Origin: an uncultured archaeon
GTDB lineage: Archaea; Thermoproteota; Bathyarchaeia; Bathyarchaeales; Bathycorpusculaceae
NCBI GenBank assembly: GCA_963782915.1
Contig: CAWALK010000020.1
Coordinates: 192,001 to 256,000 of the forward strand
Length of the DNA: 64,000 nucleotides
Direction of reading: 5' to 3'
A program made the translations under genes and the position numbers. Shown here in pieces: positions 19,696 to 30,768 of the stretch; position 1 is the first letter of the stretch; every line of letters begins with the position of its first letter. The notes under the pieces are model-generated. The model was given only the letters and a program-made list of their open reading frames with translations. It did not search any database and was not told where the DNA came from.

Positions 19696-21326
19696 TTGAG
19701 AAGCGACGAAATTAAAACTGGAATTGAAAAAGCGCCTCACCGCGCCTTGCTAAAGTCTTTAGGTTTACAGGACGATGACATGAATAAGCCGTTTATCGGC
19801 GTAGCAAACAGCTACACAAACATCGTCCCCGGACATATCCACCTCCGCAGCATCGGCGAAGCCGTAAAAGAAGGCATACTCGTTGCAGGCGGCATACCGT
19901 TTGAATTCAGCACTATTGCAGTCTGCGACGGAGTCGCCATGGGACACATCGGCATGCGTTACTCGTTGCCTTCGCGTGAGATCATCGCCGACAGCGTCGA
20001 AATCATGATGCAAGCCCACAGCCTCGACGGCTTAGTAATGATTTCAAACTGTGACAAAATCACCCCCGGCATGCTCATGGCAGCCGCACGCATAGACGTG
20101 CCCTCTATCATGGTTACAGGCGGCCCAATGCAGGCCGGACGCCACCACGGCAGAAAAGTCAGTTACTCCAGCATGCCTGAAGCCGTAGGTCAAGTCGCTG
20201 CCGGCAAATTATCCGAAGCTGAACTCCTCGAACTCGAAACCAACGCGTGCCCCGGATGCGGAAGCTGCAGCGGCATGTTCACCGCCAACACCATGGCATG
20301 CATGACTGAAGCCCTCGGCATGTCACTGCCCTACTGCGCAACCTCACTAGCCAACAGCGCATTCAAAATGCGACTCGCAAGAGCCACGGGCAAACAAATC
20401 ATCAAACTCGTCCAAGCCGACTTAAAGCCTTCCCGGATACTAACCAAAGAAGCCTTCGAAAACGCCATCGCCGTAGACATGGCTCTGGGCGGCTCAACCA
20501 ACACCACCCTTCACCTGCCAGCCATCGCCAAAGAAGCAGGCTTAGTGTTGCCATTGTCAACTTTTGATGTTATCGGCAGAAAAACCCCACACATATGCAG
20601 CATGATACCCAGCGGCGTCTACGCGATGGAGGATTTGGATGCAGCAGGCGGCGTCCCCGCAGTCATGAACGAACTCAAAAGCCTACTCCACTTGAACCTG
20701 CCTACTGTCAGCGGCAAAACAGTCGGCGAAAACATCCAAAACGCAGAAGTCCAAGACCGCAAACGTTATACACCCATTAAGCGACCCGGTGCATAAGGAA
20801 GGCGGCATAGCAATCTTGTTCGGCAACCTTGCACCCAAAGGCTCCGTTATCAAATCCGCCGGTGTCTCAGAAAAAATGATGAAACACACTGGGCCGGCAA
20901 AAATCTATGATTCAGAAAAAGAAGCCCTAACCGCTATCCGCGGCAAACAAATCGTTCCGGGCGACGTAGTGGTTATCCGCTATGAAGGTCCAAGAGGCGG
21001 ACCCGGAATGCCGGAGATGCTGTTTCCGACCGCAACCATCGCTGGCATGGGCTTAGCCGATTCAGTCGCGCTTATCACCGATGGACGCTTCTAGCGGTGC
21101 AACCAGGGGCGGCAGCATTGGGCACGTAGCACCCGAAGCCTTCGAAGGCGGACCCATCGCGGTGCTCCAGAACGGCGACGTCATAACCATCGACATACCC
21201 AACCGCATCCTAAAAGTCGAATTAAGCGACACTGAGCTGCAGATGCGGCTTGCTGCTTGGAAGCCTCGGCCGCCAAAAATCACCAAAGGCATCTTGTCGC
21301 GCTATAAGCCGACTTCGATTGAATAA
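19696..21326 (+). CDS. ilvD: Dihydroxy-acid dehydratase (frameshifts near 20770 and 21090)
   Basis: [60 protein letters not shown]. Confidence 0.95.
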
Positions 21327-21329
21327 AAA

Positions 21330-21658
21330 TAGAAACAAAGACTGTGGAGGGGTTGCTGTTTGGTTTACCGGCAGCGTCCCATACCGATAGCCGTTGCCCA
21401 TCATGCCCGAGCCATACTGGGGCTGATTCTGGTTTTGTGTTTGTGCTCCGTAACCGTAGCAGCCGTATCCGTTTTGGTTGTAGCCCTGTTTGTGCCGTAT
21501 GGGGGTGCATTGCCGTTTGCGTATGAGGGTGCTTGGTTGTAGTTGGGGTTGATTGTTGCCCTGTTTTGGGTGTTGGCGAATTGTGCGGCGGTGACGCCGA
21601 CTAGTGCTGCAACCACGAGGGATGCCGCGACTATTGCGAGTATGATTTTTGTTTGCAT
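21330..21658 (-). CDS. Small exported Gly/Tyr/Asn/Gln-rich protein (frameshifted)
   Basis: Signal-like N-terminus MQTKIILAIVAASLVVAALVG; GYGCYGYG...GSGMMGNGYRYG in the adjacent frame. Confidence 0.5.
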
Positions 21659-21816
21659 TTATTTTACCTTCGATTACATATGGGCTGCGTTTGGTTTGGA
21701 TGTTGACTGAAACAGAAATGAAACGGTTTTTTGGATACAGTTTCTTCCATGGAAAATTGATCATTAATCGTGAAAATCCTTAAATCCGCGATTGATGAGT
21801 CTAAATTAGATATAGT

Positions 21817-22435
21817 ATGAAAAGAGTCAACCTCTTCCTAATACTACTGATCACCGCAATAACCGCACTAATCGCCGCAACAATCATCGGCTTCGCAATC
21901 TTCTCAACAAACCAACAAAACCCCTACAGTTGGATGAGCCAAATGTGGGGCGCCAGCAACACCGCAACAAACGGGAACGGATACGGCGGCATGGGCGGCA
22001 TGATGGGACAAACCCCAACACCAACCACAACCGCCAACTCAATGCTGCCCTACTACGGCGTCCTATTCGCAGTCATAATCGCCGTAACCATCGTCGGCGT
22101 AATCGGCGTGGCTTACTACCTTGTTTATCCCCAAATCCGAACAGGCACCACCCAACAACCAACCGCCCTAACCATGCAGCCCCACGTCAGTGACAGTCTC
22201 CGCTTATGAGTCAGTCTCCAAAACCCTAACCGAAGACGAACGCAAAATCATCACCGTACTGCAAGCCCACGAAGGCAAGTATCTACAGAAATACATCAAA
22301 AACGAAACAGGCCTAAGCAGACTCCAAACCCACCGAATCATCGCCAGATTATCCGAACGCGGCATCGTCTCGCTAGAAAAGACAGGTAACACCAATCAAG
22401 TGTACCTTGCAGACTGGCTAAATCATAAAGCTTAG
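21817..22435 (+). CDS. Membrane-anchored winged-helix protein (two TM helices + HTH; frameshift near 22190)
   Basis: TM-GMGGMMG-TM, then LTEDERKII...LQKYIKNETGLSRLQTHRIIARLSERGIV. Confidence 0.8.
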
Positions 22436-22446
22436 TTGCTCTCACT

Positions 22447-22652
22447 TAGACCCCCCTCCCTTATTTATACTCTAAACATTTGCAGACTCGCTACTGAGAG
22501 GACTGCCTATTCATTGGATGCCGCTTGATTCTATTAAGCGGTTGTTAGGTGGAGGCTTGTTTTGGGTGTGCGTTTGCCGCGGTCTAGTCAGCGATAAACT
22601 ATATTGAAAACTGTTGTTGCTTTGTACTGACCTCCCTATCCCCTATTAATAG
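22447..22652 (-). repeat. About 200-bp dispersed intergenic element, copy B (inverted relative to copy A)
   Basis: Same five anchors, with offsets within 1-3 nt of copy A. Confidence 0.6.
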
Positions 22653-22963
22653 CACTTTTTTTGGGGGTTCCAATTGCAAAGTTGTTCTGTTTTGTCAGTC
22701 AAGAAACCTTTACGGGAACCCCTTTATCAAAAGTAACCCAGTGGAATGCATAAATGGCAATGTTTAGTAAAAAAGCCAAGGAATAATTATTCTAATCACG
22801 GTATTGGCGTGGGGGATTATGGCCGCTTCTGCTGACAGCCAGTTGTGGTTGTGCCGCCACTACTCCAAACGCTTTTAGAGCCAAAACGGTTAGAATTTTG
22901 TAAGTGACTTGACCGCAATTCATGCAAGTTACCATTTTTTAGAACAACAATAAAGGGACCAAA

Positions 22964-23323
22964 GTGTTAACTACGGATTGTATCGAAGGCTTAGAAATGC
23001 AGGTTGAACGCATACCCAAAAGGCAACTTGCCGCAGCATGGCAAACGCTGAGCAAAAAACCGTTTCCCAAAGTCAAGATGCTCAGGCTAAACGACGATGA
23101 CTTTAACCATGTCCTGCAGCATCGGCACTGTTTAGAGGATGACCTGCGGGAGATTGAGGAATGGGGCAGGGTGCTTTCAACTAAGGGTACGGATGCCTGC
23201 ATTTTTAATGCTGAAGACACCGACGACGCAGACTACATTATACTGGTTCGGAAAAATCCGTATCATAACTTGGAAGAGATTATTGTTCATGAACTGGGCC
23301 ATATTGCCAGAGGCGACCTCTAA
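22964..23323 (+). CDS. Small protein with a C-terminal HExxH zincin-like motif
   Basis: EEIIVHELGHIARG. Confidence 0.6.
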   Translation: MLTTDCIEGLEMQVERIPKRQLAAAWQTLSKKPFPKVKMLRLNDDDFNHVLQHRHCLEDDLREIEEWGRVLSTKGTDACIFNAEDTDDADYIILVRKNPYHNLEEIIVHELGHIARGDL

Positions 23324-24339
23324 CCCAACTTGTTGATAACTGATTCTTTGAATAGTCTAAGTCCTTCTGTGCTTGGCAAATCCGCGAAGTAAAGCATATA
23401 ATAAGTTACGCCTAAACTGGCATAAATCTGCAACTGAGAAATGCACTCATCAGGTGTACCAGCCAACGTGTACTGCTTGAAATCCTCAAGCGAAGTCCCC
23501 GCAGGTTTAAACTTAGCAACCTTTTCATCCAATTCTTCTTGGTTTTGGGCGATGAGTATTTGTCCGCTAGGCCAACAAGAACGCTCTATCTCACCAAAAT
23601 TTCTGCCCACAGCATCGCAGTGACTCTTCAGAACAGACAACTTATGCCTGTAAGCCTCGATTGAGGGCACAAAACCCCAGTCGAAACGGTCTGCATATTT
23701 GGCTGCTACTTTTAGGGTATGTTTTTCTCCGCTTCCACCGATGATGATTGGTGGACGGGGCTTCTGTTGGGGTTTGGGTTCGCAGACGGCGTCTTTTAGT
23801 GTGTAGTGTTTGCCTTGGTAAGTGGCTTTTTGGTATGTCCAAAGTCGTCTAATGACTTCTAACGCTTCTTCCAACTGGGCTATCCTGACAGTGGGTTTAG
23901 GAAAATCGAGGCCGTAAGCGAGGTGCTCGGCTTCTTGTATTCCTGAGCCAATGCCGAATTCCAAGCGTCCATTTGACAAAATATCCAGTGTTGCCGCGGT
24001 TTTTGCAAGCAACGCAGGATTATGATGCGCATTACAGGTAACCATGGTGCCGAGGCGTATTTTGCTGGTTGAAGCCGCCAATGCTGAGAGTGTGGTCCAG
24101 CATTCGAGAATAGCTGAGTCTTTGTACATGAGGTGGTCGTCGAGCCAAACGGAATCATAGCCCAAACGTTCACACTCCAAAACTACGGTTTTAAGTTGGG
24201 CTGTAGTACTCGTTGGGTTTAGATTGGAAAGCATAGAATGGCAGGAAGACACCGAATTTTTTTTGACCCAACAATTTTCAACCTTACAAGCCAATATCTG
24301 GCGCAGCCAAGTAATAGCCTTTAGCATCCAACCCTCCAA
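23320..24339 (-). CDS. LLM-class (probably F420-dependent) oxidoreductase; N-terminus probably frameshifted
   Basis: GYDSVWLDDH, ECWTTLSALA, LAKTAATLDILSNGRLEFGIG, PPIIIGGSGEK; KFGVFLP in the adjacent frame. Confidence 0.9.
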   Translation of the reverse strand: MEGWMLKAITWLRQILACKVENCWVKKNSVSSCHSMLSNLNPTSTTAQLKTVVLECERLGYDSVWLDDHLMYKDSAILECWTTLSALAASTSKIRLGTMVTCNAHHNPALLAKTAATLDILSNGRLEFGIGSGIQEAEHLAYGLDFPKPTVRIAQLEEALEVIRRLWTYQKATYQGKHYTLKDAVCEPKPQQKPRPPIIIGGSGEKHTLKVAAKYADRFDWGFVPSIEAYRHKLSVLKSHCDAVGRNFGEIERSCWPSGQILIAQNQEELDEKVAKFKPAGTSLEDFKQYTLAGTPDECISQLQIYASLGVTYYMLYFADLPSTEGLRLFKESVINKLG

Positions 24340-24438
24340 GGCACAAAAAATGTTGCATAAACACGATAAAATACTCGTATCAACCCAGATAAGTAATTAT
24401 AATTCATAAAACCTATTTTGTGTAAAATCGCAGTTTAA

Positions 24439-24942
24439 GTGATTGCCATGCCGTCTAAACCGCCTTCTATTTTCGATTTGATGAATGAAGACGAGGAAGC
24501 ACTAAGCGAAGAAGAAGAGCGCAAGAAACGGCGAAAAGAACTAATTGAACCCACAGGCATCAAAGAACTTTTCAAAGACGGCAAAATCACCATCAACAAA
24601 TTCACCTGCGTCGGAGGCCAATGCAAACTCTGCATCAAAGCCTGCCCAACCAACGCGCTCTACTGGGGCACAGGCGAAGTCGGCATAATCGATGACCTCT
24701 GCGTTTACTGCGGAGCCTGCGTAGTCAACTGCATGGTGGATAACTGCATAAAAATCGAACGTGAACCTGACCAGGGAAAAACTGAACGCTTCAGCAAAAT
24801 CGGCGACGTGGTCAAGTTGGAGGAACGCAAGAACACCAAGAAACGTTTTGAGCGGGTAAAAAACAACGCTGCAACGATGCGGCGTGCACCCTTAGAGCAT
24901 AATAAAAAACAAACCCTGTACTCAGAAGTAGAGCCACTCTAA
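24439..24942 (+). CDS. 4Fe-4S dicluster domain protein
   Basis: CVGGQCKLCIKACP and CVYCGACVVNC. Confidence 0.8.
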   Translation: MIAMPSKPPSIFDLMNEDEEALSEEEERKKRRKELIEPTGIKELFKDGKITINKFTCVGGQCKLCIKACPTNALYWGTGEVGIIDDLCVYCGACVVNCMVDNCIKIEREPDQGKTERFSKIGDVVKLEERKNTKKRFERVKNNAATMRRAPLEHNKKQTLYSEVEPL

Positions 24943-24944
24943 AC

Positions 24945-26294
24945 TTAAACAGCCGTTTTTGGTTTTTCCAAGGGTAAAGAAACGCTGAAAACCGTCCCTT
25001 TGCCAAGCTCACTTTTTACAATGATTTTTCCGCCATGAGCCTCGATTATACGTTTACAAATGGGTAAACCAAAACCCATTCCCTTAGCCTTGGTAGTAAA
25101 CAATGGCATCCATAACTTGCTCAAAGTCTCTTCGCTCATACCTGCACCTGTATCATGAAAAACAAAGACGACATAGCCAGCGGTCTTTTTGCTGGTGATG
25201 GTTAGTTTTCCGCCTTCGGGCATGGCGTCAAAAGAGTTCTTGATTATACCTGTGAAAGCTCGTTCGATTCGGTTGCTATCGAGGATGAGGGTTGGATGTG
25301 CGGTGGTTTTATCGATGATTTCTATGTTTGTTGGGGCTTTGATTTGGTTTAGTGAACGCATAAGTAACGTTTTAGGGTCTGACGGTGAAGGCTCTAAATT
25401 GATAACTTGGGAGTACTCGATTAAATCGTTAATGATTTTGTCTGAACGTTCGATGCAATCATCGATTACCTCTAGCATCTCAGTACAAGCGGGATTATTC
25501 TCATTAACTTTTTGTGTTTTAAGACAATAAACGGCGCCTCTAATGCCCTGCAAAGGATTGCGCAGATCATGACCAATAATCCCAGCTAACTCCCCAATTG
25601 CCGCCAACCTCTCAGCTTTAAGCAATCGCTCCTCCAGTTTTTGGAGGCTCTGGTTTGCTTCTTCAAGTTTCTTTTCTAAGACAATAAAAGATGGCAAACT
25701 GCTCGGAGTCACAGCGTCTGGCCTATGGAACATAAACGCAATGAATACCACTCCAAAAAGCGATAACATAACTGGTATATCTACTGAAGTGCCAAGATCC
25801 ATAACTACCCCTTCGAATAGGAAGCATAGAGTGGCAATCAAGAAGTTAAGGTCCGCACAATCTCGGCTTTTAAAGAAAATATAGACTAGAATCGGAACCG
25901 ACGTTCCCATAAACAAAATCATTAAGCCTAAACGTAGATAGGCAAATGGCAGCTGAGCAAAAAAGATAGCAAGAGACGCCAATGTTCCCGCCATAAAGAC
26001 GATGAAGGGTCCCTTGAAATTTTGCATCTTAAACAAACTGGATAACCGCAGCTATTACAACCGCAAAAGCCATCGGTACAAACAACCATTCACCAGAAAC
26101 AAAAAATGCAGTTCCACCTAAACTTTCCACTAAAGGCGCATAAAACCCAAAACCTGACAAGAATAACCCGATGGCAAAAACAAGTTTACGCAGATTTCTA
26201 TCCTTAAAATAGAGAAAGTTAGGATTCCTGAAAGTGTTAGAGAGGCAACTAAGGGGATGAATAGAAAGAGGCTGTCCTTTAATGCTTGATACAT
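24945..26294 (-). CDS. Membrane sensor histidine kinase (N-terminal TM region frameshifted)
   Basis: GHDLRNPL H-box, KNSFDA N-box, [17 protein letters not shown]; TM segments continue upstream to ATG 26294. Confidence 0.9.
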
Positions 26295-26498
26295 CTATTT
26301 TCCTCTGCTGCCGATTTCTCTTCTGCCGCTACAGACACCTATTGCAGGTTAACCAATTAGTAATTTGTGCGTAGAGCAAATAACAGAAAACCAATCTCTT
26401 CTGCGAGTGATTAGAGCGCTAAGAAAACCGAAAAGTCAACAGGAAAACTGATAAGCAAAAACATTATTCTACAGCAACCACAAGGAAGAAACCTTCAA

Positions 26499-27515
26499 AT
26501 GAGTAAAACTTACACCATAGTCGCGCTTAAAGGAGACGGCATCGGACCAGAAGTCACCGAAGCCACCGTCAGAGTCCTTGAAGCTGTCCAGAAAAAATCC
26601 AATTTTAAACTTAACATAGTCTATGGCGAAGCAGGAGCTCACTGCATCCCACAATACGGCACTAACCTGCCCCAAGAGACAGTGGATCTTATCAAAAAAA
26701 GTGACGCATGCCTAAAAGGTCCCATGACTACACCTGAAGAAGCAGGCGCACCCGTGAGCGTCGCAGTCACCTTACGCAGAATGTTTAGCCTCTATGCGAA
26801 CGTTCGCCCATGCAGAACCTTCCCCAACGTTGAAGCCCTAAAACCCAACATAGACTTGGTTGTAGTTCGAGAAAACACTGAAGGCCTCTACAGCGGCGCA
26901 GAATCACTCTTAGCACCAGGCGTCGGCATAGCTCTCAGAATAATCACCCATGACGCTTCACTCAAAGTCGCAGACTTCGCCTTCAAACTCGCCATGCAAC
27001 GCAGAAAACACCTCACATACATCCACAAAGGCAACATCCTACGCATAACCGACGGCATATTCAAAGACGCAGTCAAAGAAGCCCAAAAGAACTACCCCGA
27101 AGTAGAAGTAGACGACCTACACATCGACGCAGCCACCATGCAACTCATCAAGCAACCCGAAAAATACGACGTCATGGTCACAACTAACCTCTTCGGCGAC
27201 ATCATATCTGACGAAGCCTCACAGGTTACAGGCGGCTTAGGCTTAGCAGCAGGCGCAAACATCGGCGAATCCTACGGCATGTTCGAACCAGTCCACGGCA
27301 GCGCACCAAAATACACAGGCATGAACCGGGTTAACCCAATCGCAACCATAATGGCAGGCGCAATGATGCTTGATTGGCTAGGCGAGAAAGCCGGCGCAAA
27401 GAAAATCGAAGACGCCGTAATCGCTGTGCTCAAAGAAGGCAAAGTAAGAACCGTCGATTTAGGCGGCAAAGCGACAGGCACAGAAATAACCGACGCTATT
27501 ATCGCAAAAATCTAA
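26499..27515 (+). CDS. leuB: 3-isopropylmalate / isocitrate dehydrogenase family, probably LeuB
   Basis: GDGIGPEV, LYANVRP, RENTEGLY, HKGNIL, NLFGDIISD, EPVHGSAP. Confidence 0.8.
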   Translation: MSKTYTIVALKGDGIGPEVTEATVRVLEAVQKKSNFKLNIVYGEAGAHCIPQYGTNLPQETVDLIKKSDACLKGPMTTPEEAGAPVSVAVTLRRMFSLYANVRPCRTFPNVEALKPNIDLVVVRENTEGLYSGAESLLAPGVGIALRIITHDASLKVADFAFKLAMQRRKHLTYIHKGNILRITDGIFKDAVKEAQKNYPEVEVDDLHIDAATMQLIKQPEKYDVMVTTNLFGDIISDEASQVTGGLGLAAGANIGESYGMFEPVHGSAPKYTGMNRVNPIATIMAGAMMLDWLGEKAGAKKIEDAVIAVLKEGKVRTVDLGGKATGTEITDAIIAKI

Positions 27516-27588
27516 GGCGATATAGCCCACAAATTTTCTTTTTTACTTTTATTTAACTTCCTTTTGCAAAACAAAAAATATTTTCCAA

Positions 27589-28440
27589 TTAAAATATTGC
27601 GGCTTGAACGGTAATAGCTGTGTTAGAGTCAACGTGAACCTCAACTGCCCCATTCTGCGTTTCCTTCACACGCGCGTTAACCAGCAGCAACCGTGGACTC
27701 TCCCTGAGCGCCTTCTCGATTTCCTCAACCTTCTCATTCCAGACAACCACAACTGCCTCTCCTGAATCATCTCTTAGAGCCAGCCGCATGACTACGCCGT
27801 CGGTGCCGTCGCTTTTAGGAAAAACGTTTTTACCATAAACCGCTTTCACCGTGCCCACAACATGTACGTTGCCTGAACTGCTGTTAAGACCGGATATTTT
27901 TGCGGTAAACTTTTCGAGTGGTGGATAATCACCGCTTTTAGCTCCAGGTTGGAGTTCAATTAGGCTTTTGGTGCCCAGATGCAACTCGGTTTTGCCATAG
28001 CGGTCCTCACGGGTGTAACCATGCAGCAGACGTACAGCCTGACCAGCCTTTAACTCGCCTTTTTCTACAATGTCAGCTCTTTCATTCCATAACATAACCC
28101 GCATGAGCCCATCATTATCGCCAAGCATTATAGTCGCGAATTTCCCCGATTTCTCTTGACCCTGAAAAGATTTAACCGGAAAAACCGCAACTAAGCGACC
28201 CGCAACCGTTACATCATACAATCCCGGAAACAGCTTGCTTGAAGACAACACACTACAGCTTTGGAAAACATTCTGCTGCACCACTACACCAAGTTTAGCA
28301 GCAATCAATCTTAGAAGCGTCTCATCACCCAACAATCCGCCCGTTCTGGCTTTTTCAGCTTCCAACCGCTCTAGTATCTGAGCTTGGTTAATCTGCGGAT
28401 TCTTCGCTTGAATCTCATCTATGAGGTCTTGGGTGGTCAT
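27589..28440 (-). CDS. Replication protein A / OB-fold ssDNA-binding protein
   Basis: N-terminal GGLLGDETLLRLIA domain plus two OB folds (RVMLWNE, DDSGEAVVVVWNE). Confidence 0.8.
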   Translation of the reverse strand: MTTQDLIDEIQAKNPQINQAQILERLEAEKARTGGLLGDETLLRLIAAKLGVVVQQNVFQSCSVLSSSKLFPGLYDVTVAGRLVAVFPVKSFQGQEKSGKFATIMLGDNDGLMRVMLWNERADIVEKGELKAGQAVRLLHGYTREDRYGKTELHLGTKSLIELQPGAKSGDYPPLEKFTAKISGLNSSSGNVHVVGTVKAVYGKNVFPKSDGTDGVVMRLALRDDSGEAVVVVWNEKVEEIEKALRESPRLLLVNARVKETQNGAVEVHVDSNTAITVQAAIF

Positions 28441-28557
28441 TTTTCGCCGACACGATAAAGCGGTGCGGCGCTTTTAATTTTTTGTGTTTCCAAGGGGTTT
28501 TCTGGTTATATTTATTAAAAGGGCTGTTCCACTGCATTTGGAGGCATTCACTGCATA

Positions 28558-28824
28558 ATGGCGGATTTGACTGTTTTTTATGCAATCGGCATAGCACTCG
28601 TTATAGTCGGGGTTGCTGTGATTGTTGCAGCCCTCATCCGCGCCTCGACCGGCAGCAGCAAAGGACAAAGCAGGGTGCGTGGTGCAGGCGTAATCATGAT
28701 TGGGCCTATTCCCATCATTTTTGGTACCGATAAAAAGTCAGTTAAAACTGTTTTGGCTTTGGCATTGTCGCTTTCGATTGTTTTCTTGATTATTTTGTTG
28801 GTTTACTATTGGTTGATTGGGTGA
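28558..28824 (+). CDS. DUF131 family membrane protein
   Basis: GAGVIMIGPIPIIFGTD. Confidence 0.85.
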   Translation: MADLTVFYAIGIALVIVGVAVIVAALIRASTGSSKGQSRVRGAGVIMIGPIPIIFGTDKKSVKTVLALALSLSIVFLIILLVYYWLIG

Positions 28825-28827
28825 TTT

Positions 28828-29124
28828 ATGATGTTGAATGAACAAGATGAGGATGAGAGCATAGCGGTTTCCAGCAGACTGTTGGGTTTAGTGTTGTTGG
28901 GTATAACTTTGGTTTTTGTCGGTATCGCAGTAATAATTGTTGCAACCATAGTTTTGGGTGGTTCAGGCAGTGTAGGCGGAATAATTCTAATCGGCCCCAT
29001 CCCAATCGTTTTCGGTGCAGGCCCAGAAGCCGTCTGGTTAATCGCTATAAGCGTAATTTTATCTGTGATAAGTATAGTTTTATTCCTGATAATGAATAGG
29101 CGAGTAAGAAGAAAAGAAAAATAA
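28828..29124 (+). CDS. DUF131 family membrane protein (tandem paralogue)
   Basis: GGIILIGPIPIVFG. Confidence 0.85.
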   Translation: MMLNEQDEDESIAVSSRLLGLVLLGITLVFVGIAVIIVATIVLGGSGSVGGIILIGPIPIVFGAGPEAVWLIAISVILSVISIVLFLIMNRRVRRKEK

Positions 29125-29131
29125 AACTGGC

Positions 29132-29254
29132 TTATTCCGGAGTAGTCTCTTCTTCTTTCCCGTAGTATGCGTACATGAAGATTAAGGCTATGGCAATGAA
29201 TATTGAGCCCATCAGAACGTACTGAAGGGTTAGGAAGTATGCGCTTATATCCAT
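29132..29254 (-). CDS. Single-TM microprotein, 40 aa: MDISAYFLTLQYVLMGSIFIAIALIFMYAYYGKEEETTPE
   Basis: Manual translation; GAGG SD-like and TTTAAATA box upstream. Confidence 0.6.
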   Translation of the reverse strand: MDISAYFLTLQYVLMGSIFIAIALIFMYAYYGKEEETTPE

Positions 29255-29409
29255 CGAGGTTCCTCTGTATTTACTCTATTGTTGTAGCATCTTCATATTT
29301 AAATCTAAACCCAAAAGCCCTCTCTGAATAATGTTTTCACCTTTTGATGAAACACAAAACGGATCAGCCCAACCCAAGCAATGAATTGGTTAACCAGATC
29401 AACCCTAAC

Positions 29410-29826
29410 CTATTTCTCTACAAGCGGCTTTTTCCATTCATTCATGAGCATATCGTAGCATTCGTCGTTTTCTTCAAGCGTTTCAAACCAGCCTAGATTC
29501 TGCGCCAGCTTCTGAGTTAAGAGGTGATAGCACATATGGACTTTTTTATCGAGCACTCGGAAGTAGAAATCGTCGCATGTGCAGAATTCGGCTTCGGGCA
29601 TCGTGAGGTAGTCGCGTTCTCTGCCGATCACAATCCAAACGATTCTTCCGCTTGGCTTGAAAATGTATTTCTTCACTCTGTTCTCTTTGAGTGCATCAAG
29701 CGCCTTCGTAAACCGTTGCCCAAACAACTCGTAGAGTTCAGTGAGGTTATCACCCGACAGTTTCCCCGCTGCTTTAGCTTCTCTACAAATAGCGTTAAGC
29801 GTATCGATTTCGGAGTTGCTGCTCAT
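29410..29826 (-). CDS. SWIM zinc-finger protein
   Basis: FCTCDDF...MCYH. Confidence 0.8.
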   Translation of the reverse strand: MSSNSEIDTLNAICREAKAAGKLSGDNLTELYELFGQRFTKALDALKENRVKKYIFKPSGRIVWIVIGRERDYLTMPEAEFCTCDDFYFRVLDKKVHMCYHLLTQKLAQNLGWFETLEENDECYDMLMNEWKKPLVEK

Positions 29827-29867
29827 GGGTACACATGCTTAGTATGAGGGGATGTGAATTTAGGCTT

Positions 29868-30464
29868 TTAGCCTATGTTTATGGTTTCGCCTTTGGATTT
29901 GGATGGCTCAATTTTTGGTATAACGACTTCTAAGACGCCGTTTTTGTAGGTTGAAGCTGCCTCTTTCACTTTGACTTTAGTTGGCAGCTGGATTTCTTTG
30001 TAATATTTATTCTGGGATGTATCGACGGATATGTCCAGTGAATCTTCGGTGCCGTGCAGTTTAATGTCGGTTTTTTCTACGCCTGGCAATTCGACGACTA
30101 CGCGGATTTCTGTCTCGGTTTCAACGATGTCAACCAGCGGTTCGCGTTCTTCTTTAACTTCCGGCGGACCCTTCAAACCCTTTTTGATGTTGCCGAATTC
30201 CTGTATTTCGGGTTTGCCGTCGGGCCCGATTTTCATGCTGTAACCATAAACGAATGGTCCAAGCTCTTTTACGGTGCTGCCGTCGGGGAGTTTGCGTTCT
30301 TTAACGTATTCTTTGGGTACTTTGTCGGTGAAGTTTTTGAGTTCTTCATCCATCATTTTCTCCATTTCTTTGAACATGTTATCTATGTCGCCGAAGAAGG
30401 GGTCTTTTGATGTGTTGCGGCGTTTTTTGAACCATTCAGGAAAATCGTCATTATCTGAAGACAA
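29868..30464 (-). CDS. hsp20: Archaeal small heat-shock protein Hsp20
   Basis: GPFVYGYSMKIGPDGKP..EFGN, REPLVD, ELPGVEK, YKNGVLEV. Confidence 0.93.
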   Translation of the reverse strand: MSSDNDDFPEWFKKRRNTSKDPFFGDIDNMFKEMEKMMDEELKNFTDKVPKEYVKERKLPDGSTVKELGPFVYGYSMKIGPDGKPEIQEFGNIKKGLKGPPEVKEEREPLVDIVETETEIRVVVELPGVEKTDIKLHGTEDSLDISVDTSQNKYYKEIQLPTKVKVKEAASTYKNGVLEVVIPKIEPSKSKGETINIG

Positions 30465-30768
30465 CTAACTCACCTGTTATTCTGTGCATCTTTCAATCCA
30501 ATAAATTTATTGATTAAAAATCGCCAAACAGAACTTACCCATCTGCAGAATCAAAGCTCCATAAAGGTTACTGAATTAAATTTCTAACAGGATCCAACTA
30601 TGCTCCGAGTCTCCGCATTCGCTTAAACTTTGAGTATACTGGCCCAAACTCCATTTTGCTCACACAGCGGCAACCAGAATCAACCAAAAAAACCTCATTG
30701 GCTTTTAAAAGTTTAAATGAAAGAATTCAGACTAAACAACCACGACGCTACTAAACCGTGGCGTTTGT

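Noticed and set aside
12897-26498. Cognate leader peptides upstream of the homocysteine gene, ilvD and leuB
   Set aside because: Checked after finding the aro leader; no Met/Cys-rich or Leu/Ile/Val-rich short ORF with a hairpin is visible in these short leaders.
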